From Marsupella aquatica (lineage: Eukaryota; Plantae; Marchantiophyta): a stretch of DNA of 64,000 nt. The stretch lies in NCBI GenBank assembly GCA_973895155.1, contig OZ316894.1, positions 18,452,805 to 18,516,804 on the forward strand. Reading direction: 5' to 3'. The notes beneath the pieces are model-generated. The model searched no databases. It saw nothing but the letters and a program-made list of their open reading frames with translations, and had not been told where the DNA came from. The position numbers and the translations under genes are program-made. Shown here piece by piece: positions 52,757 to 64,000 of the stretch. The stretch's first letter is position 1. Each line of letters opens with the position of its first letter.

Positions 52757-55641
52757 GGGATAGATTGCCCTTAGGGTTAGCACATAGATTAGATTAGGGT
52801 TGGTCACCACGGATTCTTTTGGTGCTGCTGGATTACCCGATGGACGACGGACCGGTTTCACTCGGAGTGGGGCACAGTTTCGGCCAGCGGTATTGGTAGC
52901 AGTCAGCAGTGCAGCTTCAGACAGTGATTCCGACGAGGACTCAGTGATCAGTTCTCCTCGTCATCAGGTGGTTGCACCTTTGTTGTGGGATATGGACGAG
53001 ATGTACGGGGCTACAAAGGGCCCACGACGATACTCTGGTGCAGTTGGCACAATTGATCTGGATGACTTCATCCAGGAGTTTGATACGTGGTGCGATATGC
53101 AGACATTGCGTAACGCCACGTTGTTTACCCCTTTCATGGCATGGAAGGGATTATTTTAGCATTTGGAGGGGCCACCCATGGATGACTACCATGAGTTTTG
53201 GAAGGCTCATTTGGTTGAGATTGAGGCATGGAGGCAGCATTGGTCACCTAATTACGTGTCCATCACCTATGGCACTAGTGCGGCTGCCCAACCCATTGCC
53301 ACAGCTACTGCCTCTTCTAGCAACACTAGCCAGAGTGGCACACCATCCACTAGCAGCACTCCAGCAGCATCCACCGCTACTCCTGCCGGTGTGATTGTGA
53401 CAGGAACTGGAGTTGCGCCAGCATTTAACCCTCTGTGGAATTCTTTGAGGTACTGAAGCAAAACTATCAGAGTGTAAGAACTGATAAGTTGAAGGGTCTC
53501 CAGGAGTTCCAGTGCAAGACTGGAGAGAGTCTACGTGAGGCATACACTCGTATGCGCAGATTGATCACTGTCACCAAGGGAGTGACAGAGGCTCAAGCAG
53601 TCCAATTTTGGTATGCAATTTTGGACAGAGAATTGCGACGCAGAGTGAGAGATGTCACTCTGCTTAGGGATGCAGATCCCACATTAGCAGTTGTTTTCAC
53701 CCTTTTTGAGCGCATTGAGCTCAATATGGTGAATGAGAAGGTGGTGACTTCTGGATTTGCCAAGGAAGCACCAAAGGCTGCATCTACATCCACACCACAG
53801 CCTACTACACGGAAGAGCCAGAGGGAGAAGCCTACTGCACGAGAGTCTACCAGCCAGAGACCTGTGCCCTCTTATGCTGGACAGCTGCCAGGATATTGGA
53901 CCTATGGTGGGGATCATGCACAGAGATATTTCCCAGATCATAGAGGATCAGGGGGAGCATCAGCACCTGATCAGCGATAGTGTGATCATTGTGGGGCTCC
54001 TGGACACACCAAGGATAGGTGTTTCTCACTCCACCCTGAGTTACGGAGGGGAGGATCCCGTACACATGATCAGGGAAGAGGAGGAGGAGGTAGAGGTGGT
54101 GGACGTGGTCGTGGCATGCCACATGCAAGGAGACAGGGAGGTGACGTTGCCCCTGCTTAACCATAGATCCAAAGGATGCTAAGATTGCTCAATTGGAGCA
54201 ACAGCTAGCTGCCATGGCTAGTTCCCAGATGAGACCTACTTTTGGTGATGGGGCATCTACATCCTATGGACCTTCCACATCCCATGGTCCTTCCACATCT
54301 TATGGAGTTGATGGAGATCTTGCCACAATGGGATTCATGTGTGGCACTGCACATATTGATGCATCAGCAGCTTTGACACGTGGGGCAGCCAAAGCTCTTG
54401 AGCCCCGAGGAGCAGTAGTGGAGCTAGATCCACAAAGGGGGGATGCACGTCGGCAGACAAAGCTTCCTCAGTCTTTTACATTGTCAGAGACAGTTCAGAC
54501 TGCCTCTATGAACCCGGTTCGGACAAACCCTAGCGTGGGTAAGTTGGCAGAATCCGGTAGTGATATAGTAGGGATGACAAGTACCCTGCTGGGGGTGGCT
54601 ACTACCATAGTACGCACCCCATTATTTTCAGCGACAGACATGTTGAACTTGGGAGTTGGTCCTGCAGAAGTATTCAGATTGGCAGCTACACTCTGTGAGG
54701 ACACTCCAGTTGTTGCTTCCCATGTAGAAGCAACTTGCAGTGTTGAAGCAGTGAAGACCATACCACCTACTACTACTAGTGAGACATGGCATGCAGCAGC
54801 AGCGAGGTTGGTGGATTTACCAGCACGCCCTGCATTTGAGAGGACTAGGTTTAAACCTAGTGTTGTGTCATTGGATAATCGGAGTGGTATCTTCCGATTA
54901 GTTGGGCCTTCTGGAGTAGTATACCAGCCAGAGAGAGTGTTACTGGATACTGGTGCTCAGCCCTTGATGTTGGGGAAGTCTGCCATACGTGGATTGGGAT
55001 TGCGTCTAGAGGATTTGGAGGATTGTCCCTTTCCCATTCAGACTTCATTGGGGGGACCTACACCTACACAGCATATCACCAGGAGACCACTTGATTTGAG
55101 GATTCAGGAAGGTCATACCACAGATAGCTCACAGATATAGGTGCGAGCTATTCTGACTAAGGCAGAGTCATATGATGTGTTGGTGGGATGTACAGTGCTC
55201 TACCCCATGGGATTTATTCTTGATTTTTGGGAGGAATCAGTGTCATATAGACCTGATTGGCAATCAGGAGATGCTCGATTGAGCAAATTGCTAGTGAGAT
55301 TTAGTGGACCTGTGGGAGGCCCTAAATCCACACCATTGTCTTTGGCAGCATTCAGTGGTGTAATTGCTGGACCTGATGATTTGATTGAGGGTAATGCGCA
55401 TGCAGCCGATGTTCCACCATTGGAGGAGTCTCATGAGGAGCACATCATTTGAGGATTACCTGTTGGCAGTGTTGTGCCACCAGTGTGGGGCACTGCACAA
55501 GCCTTGCCACAGGCAACAGCATGATTGGTACATGATGCATGGCGTCATGCTTTTACACCACAGTCAGGAGTAGAGCAGTCTCTTGCAGATGGACCTGTGA
55601 CTCTTTCACCATTGGATACCACTCTTATTGCTTGGCAATAT

Positions 55642-56600
55642 CCACCGGAGGGTATTTGTTTGTTGGATCTTTTTGGTGGGATTAGCATTGGATTGGCTAC
55701 TGTTCTTCAGGCAGGAATTCCTGTGCGTCATTATTTGTATGTGGAGACAAATGAGACAGCACGGAGGGTCTCATTGCGACATGTGGCTATATTGGTGGAT
55801 AGATATCCACAGTTGCTGCTAGTGGATGCTGTTTGTGGTTATCAACATGCACTACCTGCTGATATTTCATTGCTGGGGGCGGATCATCTGCATCGTGTTG
55901 GCCCCATTGATTTGGTGATTGTTGGTTGGCCATGTCAGGGCTAATCTAGAGCTGGCATTGGGCATGGACTTCATGATCCACGCTCTGCATTGTTTTGGGA
56001 GATGTTACGGGTGCTGCGTCATCTCCAGCTACATCAGACACAGTCTCCAGCATATATTTTGGAGAATGTGCCATTGTTAGGTGATGATCGTAGTTGGATT
56101 GTTGCCAGTGTTCACCAGGTGAGGTCTTGGATTGGACCTGTTGTGTTATTGGATGTTGCACGTGTGGGTTCTCGTGCACATCGTCCACGCTTGTGGTGGA
56201 CTAATTTGATCCCATGTGAGGTGCTGAAGCGCGCATTTGACAGCATTCCACGCTCACCAGCCTTAGTGGTGGATGATATTTTGGATCGAGGGTGTCGAGC
56301 ACAGGGTGTGACCCAACCTGATAGACCTCTATTGGAAATGGTCAATGCAGTTGGGCGCCCACGTTGTGCATTACCCACTCTTGTAAGCCACTCTACTTCA
56401 TATGCATTCAGAGTAGGTGGCCCTGGACTTGTGTGGGACACAGCTCTCCAGCAGTTAGTGGAGCCTACTGCTGATGAGAGAGAGCGTGCTATGGGATTTT
56501 GGACTGGCACCACTGCAGTTGCCTCTGTGTCAGAGGGTTTGCGGCGCCAGGTTCTTGGTCAAGCAATGGACCTGAATTTTTTGACTTGGATTATCAACTT
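55642..56600 (+). pseudogene. DNA (cytosine-5) methyltransferase domain, DNMT3-like, embedded in gypsy Pol (one internal stop at 55942-55944)
   Basis: Motif I LLDLFGGISIG; II YVE; IV IDLVIVGWPCQG*SRAG..GL.DPRSALF; VI YILENV; VIII SRAHRPRLWWTNL; TRD LPTL; IX ERERAMGF; X RRQVLGQAMD. Same frame as upstream protease and downstream RT. Confidence 0.93.
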
Positions 56601-59600
56601 GGGAGTAGCTGAACAGTTGCGGATGCGCTCTGCTGGAATTACTGATTGTCCCTTGGTGAGCTTGCGGTCCACTGAGACAGTATTGACCACAGCTGGGGGC
56701 GAGCAGACAGTCCATGGACCTATGGCAGGATTGGCCAAGGCTGGACAGATTATTGAGCAGGAAGGGACTGCTCAATCTACTGCTAAATAGCAATCATCGG
56801 CTATCTCTTCTACCCTACAAAGAGATATTAGGGATTTGGTGGAGAGTGGGGAACCACAGCTTGGCCCTAAGTTAACAGGGGAGGAGAGACATCGCATGCA
56901 TCGATTCCTGAAGAGTTATTGGAATTGTTTTGCATTCAGCATGAAGGATTTGGGGACACTGAAGGGCCCTGGTATTCAGATTGAATTGGCTAGTGATGCG
57001 CCAATCTTTCGTAGACCATACCGTTATAGTGACATGGAGAGAGCTCTGATTCAAAGCAGAACTCAAGATTTGTTGGAGGTTGGATTGGTGGAGATTTCAT
57101 ATGGGGAGTATGCATCTGCCACAATGATGCCAGCCAAGAAGGATGTGCATGGCAATTACATAGATAGGCGCATGTGTGGTGATTACAGACCTATTAATCG
57201 CCAGACAAAATCTGATCGATATGCCATGCCCACACCTGAGGAGATCTTTGATGCTGTGGGGCATGCAAAGGTTTTCAGTTCATTGGATCTGAGGGCAGGG
57301 TACCATCAGCTTCCAATTAGGCATGCTGACAGGTCCAAGACAACATTCTGGGGGATTGATTCTTATGGCAAAGATCGTTTGTATCAGTGGTTATTCTTAC
57401 CATTTGGGTTGAAGAATGCACCAGCTGAGTTCCAGAGAGTCGTGGATCGAATCCTTGCAGGTTTGGATTTTGTCAGATGTTATGTTGATGATATTTTGGT
57501 CTATTCTTCTACTGTGGAAGAACATCAGCAGCACTTGCAGATTGTGTTGGAGAGATTGAGAGCACATGGGTTGAAGCTCCATCCTGGCAAGTGTAAGTTC
57601 TTCCAAGACCAGATTGAGTATTTGGGCCACACTATATACCCAGGGGGATTGGGTGTACAGCAGACTAAAGTGGAGGCCATTACACAGATTCCTTGTCCTA
57701 CTGATGTGAGTAGAGTTCGTGCATTCTTGGGATTGGCGAGCTACTACAGGAGGTATGTTAAAGGATTTAGCCAGCTTGCTAAACCTTTGACCATACTCAC
57801 TAAGTTGGATCAAGAATGGATTTGGGGTAATGACCAGGAGCATGCCTTTCAGGAGTTGAAGCAAAGGTTGGCATCATCCCCTATTTTGAGAAGACCCATT
57901 TCAGGCAGACCATTTCAGCTACATACTGATTGGAGTGGAGTAGGACTTGGAGCAGTGCTGACTCCGAAGGATGATGAGGGGAATGAGTTTGTTGTGGCTT
58001 ATGCCAGTAGATCAAACAATTCAGCAGAGGCTAAGTATAGCTCTTATGAGGGAGAGTGTTTGGCAGCAGTGTGGGCTGTTGCACACTTTTGTTGCTACTT
58101 GTTTGGTAACCCCTTCACCTTGATCACTGATCATCAGCCTCTTAAGTGGTTAATGGAGTCTGACAAGCTTACAGGGAAGCTTGCACGATGGGCATTGTTG
58201 TTACAGGAGTATGATTTCCAGGTGGTGCATAGGCCTGGAAAAGTGAACTTGGATGCAGATGGATTAAGCCGCAATCCATGTACCAGTCAGCAAGATGAGA
58301 CTGGAGCCAGATGGCATGACGAGTCAGATAAGGAGATGGTGCCAAGATGGCATGCATCTGCCTTTCTTTGTTGGGTGCCAGTATATAGTGGATCTGTGGA
58401 CTCTACCTCATTGGATGGAGTGGATGATGAGTCTTCAGATGTGGATGTTAGTGAGGTAACTACTGGACAGCAAGATATTCACGATGATGTGAGAGTGTTG
58501 GAATATCTGCGCAGTGGTTCTATTGTTGGCAGTGTTGATGTCAAGGAATGTGACAGGGTTCTACAGAGAGCCAAGAGGTTTCGATGGGAGGGAAACCATC
58601 TTTTGAGAGTACTGCATGATGGTAGGGTGTTGGTGGTACCAAAACCATCACAACGAGTACATTTGGTGCGACATGCACACGAGGAGTTGGGTCACTTTGG
58701 TGTGAAGCACACTTATAGCTTGCTGTAGACACAGTATTGGTGGTGTGGTATGGACTCATGTCCAGCAGTTGATAGCTAAGTGTGTGGTATGCGATAGAGT
58801 GAGAGCATCATTTAATGCTCCCACTCCCCAGTTGCACCCGTTACCGATTATGGGTTTGGGATATCGTTGGAGTTTGGATTTTGCTGGTCCATTACCTCTT
58901 ACCCAACGCCATAATCGGTATGTTTTGGTCATGGTGGAGCATTTCTCCAAGTGGATTGAGCTAGTGGCGTTGCCAAATAAAGCCAATGGAGGAGTAGCTG
59001 CTACATTTTTGGATCGCGTACTCAGTCATTTTGGAGCACCAGTTGAGGTGTTGACTGATCAGGGAACTAAGTTCCTTGGAGAGTTTGAGAGTTTGTGTGA
59101 ACAAGCTTTGATTGATAATCGTACTACCTCTCGTGATCATCCTGAGGCAGATGGATTAGCTGAGAGAGTTGTGCAAACTGTGAAGAGAGGATTGTGTAAG
59201 TATGGCTTGCAGGTTGGTCATCTGGGAGATTGGGATCTCCAGCTACCTTGGTTAGCTATGGGCTACCGTTTCAGTCGGCAAGCATCACTTGCATCCTTCT
59301 CACCTTACTTTTTGCTCTATGGTAGAGAGCCAGATTTTCCAGCAGCTATTCGTCGTGATGCTGCACCAGTTGTGAACTTGGATGATCCTGATGTTTGGGT
59401 CAAGGTGTGTTCAGAGAGAGCACGGGTATTTCAGAGAGTGATGCCCATGGCTTTGACAACCTTGCCATTGCCCAACATCGTGATACTTTGAGGTATGCCA
59501 CTATTCGTGGAGGAGGTTACCGTGCAAGCATTCGACCGATTTTATCCTGGTGATTATGTTTATTTGCAACAGACAGCACCCGCAACACTTGATGTGACCG

Positions 59601-59821
59601 CAGGCCGGACAATCTTACGTGTGCATGAAGTGTTGCCTTTTGGTGTCCTGATGTTGGAGGGACGCGATGGTATGGTTTGGAAGGATCATGTAACATGATG
59701 TCGGACCTATCGAGAAGGGTGACCACCCTTCTCGTTTTTCATGATCAATTTTTTTTCTAAGGCATGTAAAACCCGATACAAATTGTGCATTCCAGAAAAA
59801 TAGTCATCCATGATTAGGAGG

Positions 59822-62800
59822 AATGCAAAGATCGATACGGGTATCGACCTTTGCATTTGTAAATTCTTTGGTTATCAGAAATTTACAGAAATGGTAAAAC
59901 TGTGCATAACCGCGCAGTAGGCTCTAACTATGGTTAAGTTTAACTAGGGTTAAGCTAGAAATTAACCATAGCTACCTCCAAAAGTATAAATATGACTGCC
60001 CGCTCATGGAAAAAAGTTTCATTTTTCAAGTCCTCTTTCACAATCAAGCTCTCACCCAACCCAAAGAAAACCTCCTCTCCATACAGATGCGCATTCTGGT
60101 CTTAAGAATAAGCTTTCCACTTTCCAAAGCAAACTGTGATACTCGTATCGTAATCAGCTTTGTAGAAAGCAACTTGCGATACTTGTATCGTAAGTTGCAT
60201 TCAAACCTAAGTTTCAAACCCTCAACAATACAGGTATCGCTTGGTGCATTGAGCCAACTCAATTAGTCTCATGGTGCAGGAGTGAAAATACTTCAATCAT
60301 GGTTTAGATTCTGTCTCTTGAAGATTGTAAAGCCGTTTGCTGCTCATCTCGCAGTTCTTCATATTATGTTGGGGCCCTTATTTTCTCTTGGGTAGCTGTT
60401 GGTCGGATCCGAAAGCCAATAGCGATACTTGTATCACTCTTTGGATTGAGTAGTGTAGATTTAGGACGGACTGCGCTGCAAAGATCATTGGACTGGGTCA
60501 CTCGTGACCTCTAAGGTGGACCTGACAAAACCCCACCTAAACAAACACAAATACTCTGTTCCATTCGCTTACAAGCAAAAATGTGCCCAGCAAAAGTTGG
60601 GCTCGACAATCTTTTGAGTGCCCAAAGAGTGATGGCCTCGTGTCTATATCCTCTCCCATACAATGTTTCCCATTTTTTCTTGTCTTTGTGAGAGCTCGTG
60701 TGAGAGATTTTGGAAAGGAGCATTGTTTGGCTAGAGAGGAGACTGAGGAGGTGGTGTGGCCTGGCTGATTCAAAAAGAAATAGTTTTACCCTGTAGGCAG
60801 CACCAGAACAAGTTCTAGAGGCGGCGCAAATGAAGACAGTGCAAACCATGGTTTGTACTGTGAAAAGGATTTGGTCTGTTTCTTGAGTCATTTCCCTTAG
60901 TTGGTTTTGCACAAATAGTTTTTGAGGCATTCCGTGTGGCTTGTGAAAGACATATGAGATAGTCGTATTGCTTCGAGTAGGAGTCTTTGTGTTTTGTCAT
61001 CTAAAGAGGAATCGGCGGATGGATTGGAAAGTGTTGGCCCAATCCGAAAGCAAATTGTGGTGCTTGTATCTCTCTTGGGATTGAGTCATGTTGTTCTCAG
61101 AATTAAGCTGAATTCAGTAATCCCAGTTAAAACATCAGAAATTAACTAGAGACTCCATTAGAGCCTGCAATCTTGTATCTGTAGCCCGATCGTGGATTCA
61201 TGGATCCTCTTGGGGGTTTGTAAGGTGTTGGCTTGTTAAGAAAGCAAAGCTTGTTCTCTCGTTCTTCTCTCTCTGCTCAATGGCAACATTCCCAAAGAGC
61301 GGAGGAAGACTTGCAAGTATGAAGGACTTAGAATTCATCGTTGTCGATTTGGCCATTCCCACAATAACAATCATGACATAGTACTTGCTCAAATTGATGC
61401 AGCCAAAGGGCGACGAAGGAGAGGACAGTGAGTTGATCGTAGTCACCACCGGCAGAGAAGGAGTTGCAGCTTGTCATGTCTGTCAATCTATCTTTCCTTT
61501 TGTTCCAATTGTTTTGTAAGTTGCTCTTTTGCATCGCTGCGGGCATTGGCGATTCTTTTGCGATTTTGAGTTTTGAGAAGCAGATTAAGTGATCAAACTG
61601 ATAGTTTACATTGATTGCCAGTATCGTCGGCCTTTCTTCATTTTTTGAGCTTCTTGAGCTTCAGATTTGACTCACCGGCACTACATGTCATTGTGCAGAT
61701 GGACAACGATAGCCTTGACCCTTGCTGGATTAGAACCGCATGAGAATCAATAGCAGCTCCCAACAGACGCCCCTGCTCAAGGTTCCTGGACCCAGTAGAA
61801 AGCAACTTGGATGCCGTATTCAGAAGAAAGCAAAGCGCGATACTTGTATCGCTCGTGGGATTGATCAAGCAATGTAGATCTCAAATTTGATCTGCCAAAG
61901 GAAAACAATGGAAGGAAGTGCAAGGACAGGGTCTGCTGAGACCGAGAACCTCATGACAACTTTGTGTAATGTGATTTGGACGACAGAAGATATTTGTGAT
62001 GAACAAAAGTTTGTGAGGAGACCTTGGTACTTTCGGGATACTCGAATGATGTCCAAGGAAGCAGCTGACTGGGAGACACCCGTTCTTTGGGTTCAAGTGA
62101 AGAAAACATAGAAGATTACACTCTCCTTTGGTCCAGTAATTTGGGTTGCCGCATGTGACTTTAAGAAGGGTCATGGGAAGGAAAAATCTGTCGCTATTGG
62201 ATTGAGCTTCCTCACAATGTGTGGAAGCAAGGGTTTTGTGGCCCTTGTCGTGGACATGGATTTGTATGATCTCTCAACATTAGACAAATTTCCCAAAGAC
62301 CCTATTGTGAAGGAAGTCGCGAGTACAATTGAGATGGAGATCTTCAAGCCTGAGTGGGTTGCTAATGTTGTGGATGATTCGAGTCCTTTGATGTTGCCGT
62401 TTGTCCAAAAAGAGTATAAGAGACTCGTGGGTGAAGAGTTTAAACCCACACGAAGGATCAAAGTAAGGAAGCCAACCATTAGCGGGAGTGGCGCATCTTC
62501 AGTTGCAAAAGGAGTTGATTGTGCTAGTGGGAGCGGGGGACATGGGAAAGGGAATTCCCAAGTAGAAGCTACCATGAGAGTGATTCTAGGTGAAGCACCT
62601 CAATCTGTAGAGGCAAGCCCAAGCGCTACTGCAAGTGTTGGTCGTGGTCGAGGTCGTGGAAGGGGAGTTGTGGATGAATTGGTACCTGTCAAGGCAGAGG
62701 TTCCATCGCCATCAACTTCACTTGCAAAGAAGAAGAGGACTGGTTGGATTGGAGGCACAGGAGTAGCTCTAGCTGCAGATTCAAGTGGTGCAATAAGCAC

Positions 62801-62934
62801 TCCAGCTGTGTCAATGCATCAATCCAAAGAACGATTACCCCTTACCTCAGGTCCAACCTCAGCTGTCGTTAGCATTCCCCTGGTAAGTTTATTTGTCTAG
62901 AAAAAATGAATGTTGGGAGCGATACTTGTATCAC
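59822..62934. repeat. Dispersed palindromic motif (G)CGATAC-NN-GTATCG(C), at least 7 copies
   Basis: Copies at 59832-47, 60138-49, 60176-91, 60226-40, 60421-38, 61837-52 and 62919-34; degenerate copies at ~61060 and ~61170. Confidence 0.85.
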
Positions 62935-64000
62935 GCATTGCATTGAAATAATGAAAATGGTTTGCATTTTGAATTCTTCTTAAAATTCATTGCAAGCCAT
63001 GTTATTTTTCAGGGAGATGAGGAAGAAGAGACGTCGTTGGCTTCATTTGAGACAGATGCCATCAAGGCTGAACTTGCAAAGCTCATGCTTGAACGTAGAG
63101 TCCAGAGGACCAGTGTGCTTCTGCATGTCAATAATCTCATTTTTGAAGATGAGGGTGAGAATTCAACTTTAGTTAGACCTGTAGATCGGCTACATGTAGA
63201 GAACATCAAAATGTTGCTCATGAAAAACCCTTCCAACTTCATGGCTCCATTTGTTGTTGTAGTTGATCCAACAGATTGTCCCACAATTCATGAGTGGGAC
63301 ATTACTAAATCTAGGGTATGGAAGTATCGAGTGATTGGCGGTAATCATGGAGCTCGTGCAAAGGCTGAACTTTTCAAAATGTATGGAAAGCAAGTGTACG
63401 GTGAGATTGAGGCATGGGTTTACTCTGGTCTAACGAGACATGAGATCAGGATGTTGGCTTTCCAGCATAACTACGACCAGGAGTACCGTAAAACCATGAC
63501 ATCGATTGACAAAGTTCGTGCCTGTCACAATATTTTCATGGAAATGAATGTGGGGTCAACTAAAGAGGTGCGAGAAGCTTGTTGTAAGGAATGTATGCTT
63601 GATTACACTCCAGGTGTTCGTGACTCAATGGCCAAACATGACCCTACATTTCAGATTGCCTTTCGATCTGGGGAGATTTGGGAGCTCCAAGATAAAATTT
63701 TCTCTATGTGGCAAAAGTTTGAGATCCTTGGTCAAACAAAGCCAATCGTGGCCAAGTAGCTGTCAGCAACATCAAAAGGTAAATCAAAAGCTAAACCTAA
63801 ACCGCTGAGTGCAAGTGAAATCAAAATGAACAAGCTCTCTGGGCATTTCAATTTGAGGGTCTTCAGAGCTCTCCAGGGGCTTTCCAATCAGGAGCATGTG
63901 AAGCGACTCCTAAACAGAGTAATTGGAAAGAAAATCACTCTAGAACAAATGTTCAAAGAAGGTGAGACACTTAAGAAGTTGGCAAAGGTAAAGAAATTGT
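61908..64000 (+). pseudogene. Intron-containing gene for a ParB/Sulfiredoxin-fold protein, probably transposon-borne; two in-frame TAG stops; runs off the window
   Basis: One frame from ATG 61908 (TAG at 62109) to donor CTG|GTAAGT at 62883. Acceptor TTTCAG|GGA at 63012 (phase 0, in frame). Motifs LVRPVDRLHVENIK, YRVIGGNHGARA, AWVYSGL..EIRMLAFQHN. After TAG at 63757 the frame stays open to 64000 (FRALQGL...LLNRV). Confidence 0.7.

Larger units (their letters stand above)
51104..59695 (+). mobile_element. Ty3/gypsy LTR retrotransposon gag-PR-[C5 DNA methyltransferase]-RT-RNaseH-INT; decayed, 3' end missing
   Basis: Gag ~52800-54180 with CDHCGAPGHTKDRC knuckle (~53981); protease LLDTGA (~54940); RT RMCGDYRPIN, LDLRAGYHQ, LPFGLKNAP, YVDD (57481); RNase H HTDWS..GLGAVL, YASRS, TDHQPL; integrase HAHEELGHFG/CVVC, LDFAG, TDQG, AERVVQT. 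Domain order is gypsy. Confidence 0.96.

Noticed and set aside
55642-56600. Methyltransferase as a bacterial restriction-modification gene, contaminant or host DNMT3/DRM gene
   Set aside because: It is intronless and in frame within Pol, shows the same decay pattern as RT, has linear (non-DRM) motif order and has no cognate endonuclease.

Overview
Eukaryotic land-plant nuclear DNA, probably a non-seed plant such as a liverwort (inference). It contains GT-AG spliced host genes interleaved with decayed transposons. Host genes: (i) a large disordered protein of a conserved but uncharacterised plant family (minus, 1643-~4888, with probable upstream exons), (ii) an MMTAG2/C1orf35 homolog with an RHDSD repeat tail (minus, 17426-19739), (iii) photosystem I subunit N (minus, 25114-26400) and (iv) V-ATPase subunit G (plus, 38395-40180). 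Mobile DNA: a truncated Ty1/copia element whose gag is split by a 2.47-kb solo LTR with a GCTTT target-site duplication, a Helitron-like 3' end, a LINE remnant and a CACTA-like end. Two features stand out. The first is a Ty3/gypsy element (51104-~59695) with a complete DNMT3-like C5-cytosine methyltransferase domain in frame between protease and reverse transcriptase. The second, directly downstream, is an intron-containing ParB/Srx-fold gene surrounded by repeated GCGATAC-NN-GTATCGC palindromes. All calls come from reading motifs by eye; no database search was run.
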